From contig NC_087252.1 of the NCBI RefSeq assembly GCF_037042905.1, positions 15,998,001 through 16,062,000 of the forward strand: a DNA stretch of 64,000 bases. Direction: 5' to 3'. The translations under genes were made by a program, and so were the position numbers. Source of the stretch: Lytechinus pictus. Its lineage: Eukaryota. Numbering within the stretch: position 1 is the stretch's first letter; every line of letters starts with the position of its first letter. Below, piece after piece: positions 1 through 12,372 of this stretch. The notes beneath the pieces are model-generated. The model searched no databases and was not told where the DNA came from. It worked only from the letters and a program-made list of their open reading frames with translations.

Positions 1-647
1 TCAGGTACCTATTATTTTCGTGTATTCCATAAAGTTTTCAAAATATCCCTTTTCAAGTCTGATTGTCAAGACGTATCAACTAGCGCGCTGCACGCTCGCA
101 TCTTGATTGGCGAGTTATATAAATGTTTCAATATTGATTATTCAACAAACTACTTAAAAACCCCTTTTCATGAGTTTATCAAAAATTTTAGCTCGCGATT
201 TGCGCTCGCATTAATGATTAAAATATATTAACTGATGCATCCTATTAATAATCACAAAAGTGAAATGTCCAGTTTTTATGCCATGATATCATCAGATTTC
301 GCGCCCTCATTAGGCATTAATAGATATACTAATTTAATAATTAAATTGTTCCTTTTGTTTCATCTCGCGCTTAGCAAGAGGAATAAGAAGATAGTCATTA
401 TTTTTATAATATGATGACATGTCGTAAGGATGTCCCGGTCTATGTCAAAACTCAGAGTAAAAAGTGCGATCCATATCCACCTTACAATTTTTCTACAAAG
501 TGCGTGAAATATAAAGCTGAAATTGACTCTTTTTTTCAGACCGGAATATCAAAGTTTCATGATTTTTATGATTAAAGTTGTATTTAAAATGGCTAGATTC
601 TAGGTCTAAATATGAAACACGCTCGCGCATGTTTATTCGGTTACAGC

Positions 648-798
648 CCGATAGACCGCGGGTCCGATAGACCGCGGGTCCGATAGTCCGCGGGTCCGAT
701 AGACCGCGGGTCCGATAGTCCGCGGGTCCGATAGACCGCGGGTCCGATAGACCGCGGGTCCGATAGTCCGCGGGTCCGATAGACCGCGGGTCCGATAG
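648..798 (+). repeat. 16-bp tandem repeat CCGATAG(A/T)CCGCGGGT, about 9 units, in the left TIR
   Basis: Directly visible array; inverted copy of about 5-6 units at 4693-4785. Confidence 0.95.
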
Positions 799-3654
799 TT
801 CTGCGGTGTGTGTAAAATTATGATCAGGATATAGTGAGATCCAATGTCATCAAGAGGTCAAAAGGCCAATGATACGAGTCCATGGGGTTCTATAACGATG
901 ACCCAACGGACAATCGCCCCCTGACATCTACTTCAAGGAAAATATTATCCCCATATTTTTATCGTCAGGGATTGTTACCCCCCCCCCCCGGAAATTTACC
1001 CTCTAGACGCCATACGGAGCCTCTAAAATGCCATCGACTTGACGACATGGCGAGATACTTTACCTTGCCTTGTCGACTAAATAAGTTACATGTCAACATG
1101 GCGATATATCGGGACTTGTACACTTCATATCTCGCCATGTGGACATATCGACTTGACAAGATAGAATATATAGCTATGTCGAAATAATAAGCGTATTAAT
1201 TACTTAGGCGGTGGAGGCGGGGGGAGGGGGGGACCTTTCCCCCATAAATTTAAGGTGGGGGACGGTCCCCCTAGATTTTTAGTTGAGAACCCTTTTTTTG
1301 GTTGTCAATTTGTTTTCTACGTCCCCCCCCCCTAAATTGAGGTGGACCCCCACTAAAATATTTTTGCCAACCCCCCCCCTAATTTTGGTTGATAACCTTT
1401 TTTTTCTTGTCAAAAAATTTTGGTGGTCCCTCCTATAAATTTTGGTTGATTTGCTTGTCAAATTTTTTACCTGTGTCCATCCCAAAATTTCATGTGGACC
1501 CCCCTATTTTTTTTTTCTTCCGCCGCCAAAGATTAATTAAGACATGGCAAGATAAAGTACCACGCCATGTCGTCATGTTGATGGCATTTTCAAGGCTCCG
1601 TACTAGGGGTAATTATCCAAGGTAATTCGACCTTTTTTTGGCGCCCATGTGTACTTTTTTGAAAAATGGCGCCCACTCCCTCCCGGTCAGGCTAACTTAA
1701 GTGCCTTAAATGGATTTTGAATTATCTTATAATCACATAAAAAAAAAAAAGGCCACTTTTTCATCTGTTCTTGAAAAAAAAAATCCATGAATATATAATG
1801 TAATATAAATGGGAGCGCGAAGCACGAGCGATTTTTTTTTTTTTTTGGGGGGGGGGGTTCAATTTGGTTTAACTTGTAACCAGAGTAGGCCCTACTAGAA
1901 TATTGTGTGAACGGGAGCTGTAGTTTCTGTACTGTTGTTTTAGAATACCCTTCAATAACCTCTTGCTTGGGAATAATGCAATCTCGAAGCAATCGACAAA
2001 TTCTCCTCACCAGCGGCGTATTTATTCAGCATGGGTGCACGGGGGGGGGGGGGGGGGGGGCCGTCGGCACCAAGTTAAAAAAAAATAAATGAAGTGCGAG
2101 GGGGTAGACGTTAAAGAAAATCTGAGATTTCATTCTTAAAAACACATTGAGGTATCTCACAAGGCCTAAATAAATAATGAGAACGCGAAGCGCGATCTGA
2201 TTTTTTAAATAGATTTTTCATGTATTATATCCTGAAAGCCTAAGTCAGGGGTGGACCCAGCTTCCGCCAATAGGGGGAGGGGTCATTTTTTCACCCATAT
2301 TTTCCCCGATCGGCCGCTCAAAGTTGATTTTTGTTGTTGTTTCTTTGAAGGGGTTGTCCCAGTGCCGTAATGAGCCAACAATTTCGAGGGGGCTCGATAT
2401 GGTGTATCGCATAAAATTAAATTATATTTGCTAAGTCTTGATTCTCTCTTTTTTTTTTTGGGGGGGGGGGGGCAAAACGCCCATGTCCTAACAGTCATTT
2501 CCTAGCTTTACTTTATATAATCTCTTAAGCCCTATGTAATCTAAAAATGAAATTTCATGTATTTTGTCCTGAAAATTGAACATTTTGGGCAATGTTTGTG
2601 AACCTGAACAGGACGCGTATACATGTAACTAGATAATTACCACGAGCGCGAAGCGCGAGCATAAATGTTAAATATTCGTTCTGGCCTGGTCGAAAAGGGA
2701 CCTGTTAAGGATGTTTTGCAGTTAGCCATTAAGACGATACATATTTCAACGATTAAAGAATGCGACCGCGAAGCGCTAGCTGAAAACTTTTATAATGATG
2801 AAATGAAAAATACATTTTCAGTTGTCAGGTTAGAATATCAAATATTTTCAGCTTGTGCTTCTCGTTCGCATAAAAAACTGTAAGGTCGGGATGCGTATAT
2901 AACTAAACAATCTATTTATGCCAGCGCAAAGCGCGAGCTCAATTGTTTTATATACTGACTTAAGAAGGACTAAGGTATAATTCCTATTTTAATTGCTTGT
3001 CCTTTTTCTCTTTTTTTTCCCTGTTTCTTACCCCTTTTTTGCGCCACCATGGGGGGGGGGGGCAAAATCTTTGCCCCCTGGATCGGCCTATGTATGTTGA
3101 CTTGAAAAACACTAACACTTACATGTGGGATTGAGGCAGAGGATGCATACCTCATTAATCAAATATTGCGAGCGCGTAGCGCGAGCTGAATTTGATAAGA
3201 ACCCTTTTTTGTGACCCTCAACATGGTATCTATCTCGCTAAACAGACTTAAAACTCGAAAACATTGTTTTTGTCTGTTATCGTAAAAACGGGATATTTTA
3301 ATTCAGCCGCATTAATTTAAGTTTTTTGGGCAGGACATATATTTCACTATAAACAGGCAATACGAGCAATGTTGCGCCCCCGGTCGAAAATGAATTTGCA
3401 TGAAGCCCCTAAGTTCAAGGTCAATTTGGCGCCCTCGGTTAAACATAAACTTGGCGCCTCCATGTGAAATATAACTTTGCCCTCCATCCCCCTCTCTGAA
3501 ACATGTATTTGTCGCATTATGGTCAAAATTCAAATTAGCGCTCCCCTAGTTCGAACATCAATTTGGCGCCCCCCCTCCCAGTTCAAACATCAGTTCGGCG
3601 CCCCATAGTTGGAACGTCATTTTGGCGCCATCAAATCGACGTCCAGGTCAACAT

Positions 3655-4570
3655 CCCTCTTCCGTTTCCCATCTCCTTTTCTTTCTTTTTTTCTTTCTCT
3701 TATCCTAATTCCCCTTCATTCCTTTCTCTTTCTTTCTCTCTTTCTTTCCCCCTCTTCCTCTCCCTTTTCTTCTTCTCTTCTTTTCCTCCTCTCTCTCTCT
3801 CTTTTTCTTCTCTTTATTTTCCCCTTTTCTTTCATTTCTTGTCTTCCTTTCTCCCTTTTCTTCTCCTTTTCCCCCATCTTTTCTTTCCCCCTTTTCTTCT
3901 CTTTTTCTGTCTTTTCTTTCCCTCTTCCTCTCTCTTTTCTCGTTTTTCTTCTCTTCCTCCCCCCTTACTCTCTCTTTTTTTCTTCTCTTTTCCCATCTTC
4001 CTCTCTCTTTAAATATTATTCTCTTCCTTCCTCTTTTTTTCTTCTTCTTTTCCCCCTTTTCCTTACTCCGTTCTTTTCTTTTCTTTCTTTTCCCTCTTCC
4101 ACTTTTTTCTCTCTCCCCCTTTACTTCTCCCTTTTTCTTTTTCTTTCCTTTCCCCTTTTTTTTCTTTTAATCTTTTTTCTTCTTCTCTCCCTCCCCCTTC
4201 CTCTCTCTCTTTCTTCTCTTCTTTTCCCCTCTTCCTCTCTCTCTTTTTTCTTATCTTCCTTCCCATCTTCCTCTATTTAAATATTCTTCTCTTCCTTCCT
4301 CTTTTTTTCTTCTTTTCCCCCTTTTCCTTTCTCCTTTCTTTTCTTCTCTCCCTTTCTCCTTTCTTTTCTTCTCTTCCTTTTCCCTCCTCTCTTTTTTCTC
4401 TTCTTTTCCCCTTTTCTTCTCCCATTTTCTTTGTCTTTCCTTTCCCCTTTTTCTTCTCTTTTTTTTCTTCTCTCCCTTTCTCCTTCTTACTCTCTTTTCT
4501 ATTCTCTTCTTTTCCCATCTTCCTCTTTCTTTTTTATTCTCTCCCTTTTCCCCTCTTACCCCCTCTTTTT
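3655..4570. repeat. Polypyrimidine (TC-rich) low-complexity tract of about 900 bp
   Basis: Almost exclusively T and C on the + strand, with the anchor CCCATCTTCCTCT recurring near 3992, 4262 and 4514. Confidence 0.95.
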
Positions 4571-6209
4571 TTGAGCTGGGGGTTGGGGGGTGAGGCAGTT
4601 CTTCCTCGGCCCCCCATGGATCTGCACCTGATAGAACCCCATGGCCTTGTATCATTTGACCTTTGGACCTCTCGATGACATTTGATACACACTGCGGACT
4701 ATCGGACCCGTGGTCTATCGGACCCGCGGACTATCGGACCCGCGGTCTATCGGACCCGCGGTCTATCGGACCCGCGGTCTATCGGGATGTCCCCGTTTAT
4801 TCAGATACTCACCTTGTTCTCTAATTTAAATCATTATCCAGTTTCAGATCACAATATCAATTTTTTTCTGCTCGCGCTTTTCACTCACATTATTAATGTA
4901 GGAAGACCCCATATTACTTATCCTTTTGATGATTTACAAAACATGTACAGAGTGGCCCATTTTTCGGGTCTAAATCTCGATTTTTTTCTACTCGCGCTTT
5001 GCGCTCGCATCAATCGTTAAATTATATAGCTATCCTGTTCACGATTACAAAAACTGATTAAAATTTTCCATTCTTTCTTCGCGCTCGCATTTTTTTATTG
5101 TTGAAATATGTAACGCCTTCATGGCTAAGTGCAAGCAGTACCTTTTCAACAGGTACCAGTTCAAAACGTAGATTTTCGCGCTTTGCGCTCGCATTATTAA
5201 TACTCATCCTTTTCAGGATTTACAAAACATGAATAGAGTGTCTCGTTCAGTAAATATCATAGGACTAAATCTCGAAATTTTTCGCTCGCGCTTTACGCTC
5301 GCATCAATTGTTTACTTATACCTATTCTGCTTGAGTTACAAAAAGTGCTTAGAATTTCCATTCTTTAGGTGAAAATGTCCAAAAAAAATCAGCTCGCGCT
5401 TCGCGCTCGCATTATTTGATTTTTAAATGCTACTTTAACAGGTATCGTTTCTATTAGTTCATTTCTGCTCGCGCTTTGCGTTCGTGGTAATTATTAAGTT
5501 GGATACACATCTTTTTCAGGATAACAAACATTGCCCAGAATCAGTTCAAACTTTAGGGAAAATACATAAAATTTCCCCAAAAAATTGCTCGCGCCTCGCG
5601 TCATATAAATAAGGATTAGGATATTATATATTAATTTATAAGAATAAAGCTAAGAAGTGATTAATGAGGACTACCCCTTCAAGAAACAAACAAAAATCAT
5701 CTTCGAGCTGCCGATCGGGGAAATATGGCTGAAACAAATTTCCACCCCCCTATTGGCGAAGGCTGGATCCGCCCGTGTCCCCCCTACCTTTTGGGAGAGA
5801 TTTCCGCCCCTGAGTACAGGTTGATGTTTTTTAGAGTAAAGGCGATTCTTACATGTGGCATAATGAAGTGCAGTTGCCTGCCTAGTATTACCGTGAACTT
5901 GTTTGTTCTTTCTTAACATTTGCACTAATGCATTATTCGGAAGAGTACCACTTTCGTGATCATACATGAAGCTAATTATATAGAAGATACATCTTCTACC
6001 TTTAGTATATAAAACACGTGTGCACTGTAATCAGGCTGCATCATTGAAAACAATTCTTATCACCCTTTTTTGAGTGACAAGTATCTTTTCTAGTTGGGTT
6101 TTTATATAGACTTACCCCATGCCAAGACTATGTAATGAAGATAAGTCAAAATTAGAGTTGAATACAAAAACTAGCAAAATTTCTTGTGGGACAAAATGTC
6201 TTGTAGATT

Positions 6210-6765
6210 CCCGGGGGGGGGGGCACTCCCATTCACGAGTGGATACCATGCGCGACCATGGGGTCTCGAAAAGCACCCTAAACACGTAATTTCCAAATTC
6301 TGAAAATGCACCCCTGGCTTAACAAGTATTGGCGTGTGAAACCGTACCCTTAACAAGTATTGGAAACAAAACGATACTCTTGGCAAATATTCCCTGAAAT
6401 GAACCCCTAAACAAGTACAGGAATGTTTTATTGTTACGGGTCCTTCGGTCGTCGGCGTTACCTTATTTGGTTAAGTACGACCCCACCTTCTACAACTCTT
6501 GCAAATTGGACTCTAAACACGAAGTGTTGGGGATAAAAGGACATCCTTTCTAAAATATTTTAATTTTGTTTTATCATCCCCGCAAATTCTACCCTAAACA
6601 CTAAATTGTCCTAGCGAAATAGATACCCTTTTTTCATTATTTTTGTGTTTTTGACACCCTTATCACGTTACGTACGTAACGTGCCCTCTCGTGAAAAAGA
6701 CATCCCTTTTACGTGTTTTTTGGTCGCACATGGTATCCACTCGTCAATGTAAGTGGCCTCCCGGG
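6210..6765. mobile_element. MITE with CCCGGG termini and 8-bp TSD
   Basis: TGTAGATT at 6202-6209 and 6766-6773. TIR core ACGAGTGGATACCATG / CATGGTATCCACTCGT. A second copy lies at 41826-44815. Confidence 0.9.
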
Positions 6766-7748
6766 TGTAGATTACACAAGCATTTCTAGACAAAACTTAA
6801 CAAATATTATTTTAGTGATATTTCCAACTGAAATTCTCATCAATGTGTAAAAGCAAGAAACTTAGTGGAAGTCACACTGATAATGTAAGTGTTTTTTTTA
6901 AAGTAAATGCATGCCCAGGTATTGGGTATTACTAAAAGGATGTCTTTTGAAGATTAAAGACAACTTGATTGCATATGTATCCACAAATTAAATGACATTT
7001 TTCATATCTTTTTAATTATTAACCGTTTCTAGCTAAACTTCAGGATCTTTATGAGAATAAAATACACTCGAATCATCCGCAAAAAATAAATTAATGACAA
7101 AACCTCAGATGAATAATTAATTTCATTGAAAAGTAGGGGGCCCAGAAGAGATCGTTGAGGGACCCACATGATACAGCTCGATGATTTGAGTCAATTCCAT
7201 TAAATGATACATACTGATTCCTGTCAGTCAAATAGCTTTTGAACCAGCTTAGGGCGATACTCTTGACTTCATATTGAGACAGCTATCTAATAAGTATTTC
7301 ATGGTCAACGTACAGTATAAAAAGCTTTCGAGAAATCCAAAAATATACCTATTGTATGATGTTGGTCATCTAACATTAAGCTATTTTATCTACCAAATAC
7401 CTATAGTTTTTCTAAGATCACTAATGTCCGAGTAACGAGATATAGGTCTATTATAATCATTTATAGTTTCGCCCTTTTTGTACATTGTAGTCAATGTAAT
7501 CATTCATCGATATTCTATTTGAGCTTTGTGTTACGGGCCCCATATATGTTTCTAGACATGTCCATCAAACCATGTATCGTACTTTTTACTTCTTTTTTTT
7601 GGTAAGCATTAACTTGCCCTGTTAAGGGTAATTGCGGCATAATTCTTTTCTCTTCTCTTAAAGCCTCACTGCCTCTCTCTTCTTTATCTTCATTGCCCTC
7701 AACCCTTTCCTCTTTTCTACATTATTATGTTCAGTCATTGCTTCCTCA

Positions 7749-8066
7749 CATGGGTGGAATTCAATCCCAGGAGGGGGGGGGGGGGCGTCCCCCCTACCAG
7801 AAATAGTAAGGGGGGGGGGACAAAATATCAAATGTCCCCTTTTGGTCTTTTTAATGATGTAGAAAAATACATCATTCATAATCGAAATTATACATGCATT
7901 TTCGACTATATGACCTTACATATTTGGTGAAAACCTTTTTTTTTGTTTGCTTGTCATTTTTGGGGGGTTAAAATCAGTTTACATTTTTGGTGATACACTT
8001 CTTTTTTTGCTTGTCAAAGTGTCCAGCCCCTGGCCCCCTCCCTTTGGGGAAAGATTTCCGCCCATG
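7749..8066. mobile_element. hAT-like MITE (CATGGG termini, 8-bp TSD)
   Basis: CTTCCTCA at 7741-7748 and 8067-8074; ends CATGGGTGGAATTC / GATTTCCGCCCATG. Confidence 0.85.
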
Positions 8067-10514
8067 CTTCCTCATTCTCCCTATCGTAATCTCTTTTCAA
8101 GCTCCCAACTTAGTTTCTTCTTCAAGATATGAATACTCCATTCCAACCATATGCTATTTCCATAAAATTGTATTTGCATAATTCACATATTTACCACATG
8201 CAATTTGTTAGTACAAATTTGAATTCAATTAAAAAAAATCAGAACTTATAGCATATCCCCTCCTCCCCCTTCTCGCTTTTTTATGAATTTTTTAATGAAT
8301 TGAATTGACTCGTTATAATCCACGGGCACATTATCTCTTACTTTTATTTTTATGTATACTCATTTCATGTTGCCTGTATACTGTTCGTCTAGAACTGATA
8401 ACATGGGCTTATTGTAATTGTTTTCCTTTTTATGAATAAAATTTATATATTCATTTTTATATTTATATATATATATATTATTAGAGTTTAGACCCTCCCG
8501 ATGCACTCACCCCCTCCCTCCCTGTCTTTCTTTCAAGTATATCTCTCACTATCACAAATTTCTCTCTCATGATACAGCCCTCTGTGGATACACAATCATA
8601 TACACACACACACACGCAAGCATATCTTTAATGATACACTCACAAACACACCACACGCATGCATTCGCAAGGTTGTATAAATGTACATATTCATACGTCA
8701 TGTATACACAAACCCAGGCACACACTGGCACCCCCACGCACCCTTCTCTCAATCCCTTTCCCACTTTTCACAATGCACTGTAAGAATAATCAAATTCACA
8801 TAATATTTTTCTTCAGCTGTATGAAACAGGTTTATTACAAAAGCATGCACCATCCTTATTATATAAAACTCTCTTTACAACACGAAAATACCCACACAAG
8901 AAAATATGAAATGAGCAATGAGCCAGGTTCGTAATATAAGAAATGGAATAATTCTAACAAAAATGGCTTTACATGAACAACATTTAGTTTAATTGTGTTT
9001 TGACTACTGTGACTGGTAAAATCTGAGAAATTAGTTTACCTCCCCTCCAATGAAATGAAAAATGTTTCAATTTATAACACACAAATTGAACTAGTAACTC
9101 CAATCCAATTATTTACTTTCTTATTCATTTCATTTTTTAATTTTTATTTATATATTTTCATTATGATTCCTTTTTTTTTGGGGGGGGGGGAGGGGGGGGG
9201 GTAATACAAAAATCAATTTATAGTTCCTGTGGTGTAAATAATACATTATAAATTGTAATACTGTACCGAGATAATACTAAAAAAAGTATTCTGGACTAAA
9301 AAACATCCACCCAACAATACTGTAGTAATTGCTCCTATCATTATCTACCTTCATTTTGGCTCAAGTTATGAGTTGGTACACACTACCAAATCAAGCTTCC
9401 AAAGAGCCAAGTTAAACCATAGTGAAGGGCTTTGAGCAGTAGTAAGATTGATAAAGTGCTATGTAAATGCAAATTATTATTTTTATTGTTCTTATTATGA
9501 TTGACCCGAGTAAGACTGGAGGAGGGTTAGGGTTAGAAATTTGGGGGCCTTATTTAGTTCATAAGAGCAAACTTTTCATTTTAAGCACAAAGTAGCATAA
9601 TCAATTAGTAATGAGATTATGCCACGGGCAACACGCATCACATCGCGTAGTGGATGGCCGAAAACACAAGCGGGTGAGCTGAATGAGCACCCCAATCTTC
9701 TTGGGTATCAAAATAGCTGTCATTTTAGAGTGGACACTACAGGACATGTTTTAAACAAGAACATGGTGTAAAGGCACTTCATACACCGTGCGGTTGTAAT
9801 TGTCTATTTGGCATTCCATAATTTTATCGTCTACGAAGATTGTAATTTTTGGCCCAAAACTGGGGCACGTTATGGCGATGGAAAAGGAATTGCATCGTTA
9901 ATCGGCATATTATTTATGCCTGCCTGAGACTTTGGTAACAAGTGGCACAGTGGTAAGCATAAATAGAACTTTTAGGTTTAATTTCAAGAGAACTCGCTCA
10001 GTATGCATACAGCAATCAGTGTTATCCTACTGTAGAACTTCAATAGCTCGTGTATCAGATTGATGCATTGTACGCATAGTGTGCAGGTCTTTGTGTAGTA
10101 CTATAATTATGAATATTTGTTTGTATGGAAATATACAGAAACTCTTAATCAGTATCGAATTTATTGTGTAATGATAACTCAACTAGATTAAACTCAAACC
10201 TCAGTCCTGAGGAAATAAGCACTCAAATACGCCAAAACTTGATATAAGATGGTTGACATTACATTTATTGCTCACATAACATTTTTGCAATTACATTGTC
10301 TATTTAAGCTGTTTTGGACACCCATTGTATACAGTTAAATACATTTACAAATATTCCTTATTTGTAGGATATCAGTTTAGAGTTTATTTCTAATTTTCAC
10401 AACACTTAGTGTATTAAATACTGGACAGTATTGCTATTATGATAATTTAAGTCCAATTACTTTAAATTGAAGTTAATTGTTATTCACCTTAGTATAATGT
10501 TTAGACTCATAATA

Positions 10515-10614
10515 CAGTGGAACCTTATTATTAAAGGCACTGATGTGGCAGACTTTACCTATAACAATGTATCTTCTCTCGTCCCAAGTGCCTCGTTATA
10601 ATGCAGTTGCACTG
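10515..10614. mobile_element. Short Tc1/pogo-like MITE remnant
   Basis: TA-flanked CAGTGGAAC ... GTTGCACTG imperfect TIRs. Confidence 0.5.
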
Positions 10615-11099
10615 TAACATGCTTTGATATGATGATATACTTATGTTGGATTTTGTTCATTTGTTTGTTTGTTTATAGTTTTTACGGGAATCTAAGGAAC
10701 AAAGTGAATCAGCAAGCCAAAGAGTCAGCTTTGACCATAATGAAGAGACTAGATTCAATAAAGCTGTTTTGACTATTGTTTACCCAGTATGAGAACACGT
10801 GCGAGCTTTCGTTTGTTTGTCGTCGTAGTCCGGGCAGGCACACATGGGAATCCTAGACAGAGAAATCAGGTGGTTTGAGAATCCAGGAGGTAGTTTACGG
10901 TTTCAGCTTTCAAACGTCTGGGGTGGGATTCTACAAAAAGTTCAGAACCGTTCTCAAACTCCCTCCCAGAGAACCAAGCAACGCTACAGTTCACTGATTT
11001 TTTTTTAGCGAAGTCACTTTTGGTTGGTGGGACATCGCAACCATAGAGGATTGTGAGTTTCTTCTAATTGGCAAATCGTCATTTTTTCAGTATAAAATT

Positions 11100-12372
11100 C
11101 GTAACTGACTGTGTCTAATACATAATCGTCTCTTTTAGGAAAATCTCACAATGAGAAAAAAATCTAGGGGTTTTCTCCTGTGTGTGTGTCCTTAAATGAC
11201 GTGTATGACAGCTCTGTTTACAAAATCCATTTTCACAGTGAGAGCAACAATAAGGTTTTTTTTTTCTGTAGCATGTATTCTTATATGAGTTGTAAGATCA
11301 CTCTTTTTAGCAAATACCTTTCCTAAATACGATCAAATAAAGGGTTATTCTCGTGTATATGTGTTCTTAAATGATGGATAAGATTGCCCTTTTTAGCAAA
11401 CCTCTTTCCACAAGGAGGGCAAATATAGGGTTATTCTTCTGTGTGTGTTCTCATATGACGGGTAAGATTGCCCTTTAGAGCAAACCTCTTCTCACAATGA
11501 GGGCAGATATAGGGTTATTCTTCTGTGTGTGTTCTCATATGACGGGTAAGATTGCCCTTTAGAGCAAACCTCTTCTCACAATAAGAGCAAATATACGGTT
11601 TTTCTCCTGTGTGTGTTCGTATGTGATAGGCAAGATCAATCTTTTTAGCAAATCCTTTCTCACAATGAGTGCAAATATAGGATTTTTCTCCTGTGTGTGT
11701 TCTTATGATGGATAAGATCACCATTTTAAGCATATCTCTTCTCACAATGAGAGCAGATACAGGGTTTTCTCCTAAGTGTGTTATAACATTTGTAAGAATG
11801 GAATTTCAGTAAATCTCTTCTCACAATGAGAGCAATGATGTGGTTTTTCTCCCGTGCGTTTCATATATGACGGGTATGAGCGGACTTGTCAGTAAATCTC
11901 TTCTTACAATGAGAGCAAATATAGGGTTTTTCTCCTGTGTGTTTTCTTATATGTCGGGTAAGATCGCCCTTTTGAGAAAATCTCTTCCCACAAAGAGAGC
12001 AGATATAGGTTTTTTTTCCTGTGTGTGTTCTTATATGATGGGTAAGATATGAATTTTTACTTTTTTTTTTACCAAATTCCATTTCACAGCAGGATTTGAA
12101 TATAGGGGTTTTTATCCAGTGTGTGTTCTAATATGACGGGTAAGATCCCTTTTTTTTTTTAGCAAATCCCTTTTGACAGTGGGAGTATATATAAGGTTTT
12201 ACTCCAGTATGTGTTCTCTAATATGATTTTTAAGAACGGTCTTGTGAGTAAATCTCTTTTCACAATGAGAGCAATGATGAGGTTTTTCTCCTGTGTGTGT
12301 TCTTATATGATAGGAAAGATGACTCTTGCTAGAAAATCCTTTCTCACAATAAAAGCATTGATAAGGTTTTTC
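11100..12372 (-). pseudogene. Decayed continuation of the C2H2 finger array downstream of the stop (about 15 units of 84 bp)
   Basis: 84-bp periodicity with HTGEKP-like linkers continues. ORF fragments 11515-11745 and 11861-12082 translate to fingers. Frameshifts and stops are present. Confidence 0.85.

Larger units (their letters stand above)
639..4794. mobile_element. Non-autonomous DNA transposon (foldback-like) with long TIRs containing 16-bp tandem arrays; 8-bp TSD
   Basis: GTTTATTC at 631-638 and again at 4795-4802. Left end GGTTACAGCCCGATAG vs reverse complement of right end GGGGACATCCCGATAG. Inverted similarity continues inward to about 893 and about 4631. Confidence 0.85.

Noticed and set aside
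648..798. CRISPR-like array
   Set aside because: Head-to-tail repeats with no spacers and no cas genes, in a eukaryotic context; it is part of a TIR.
3563..4655. F/L/S-rich and K/E/R-rich ORFs
   Set aside because: By-products of the pyrimidine/purine tract, which lacks stop codons.
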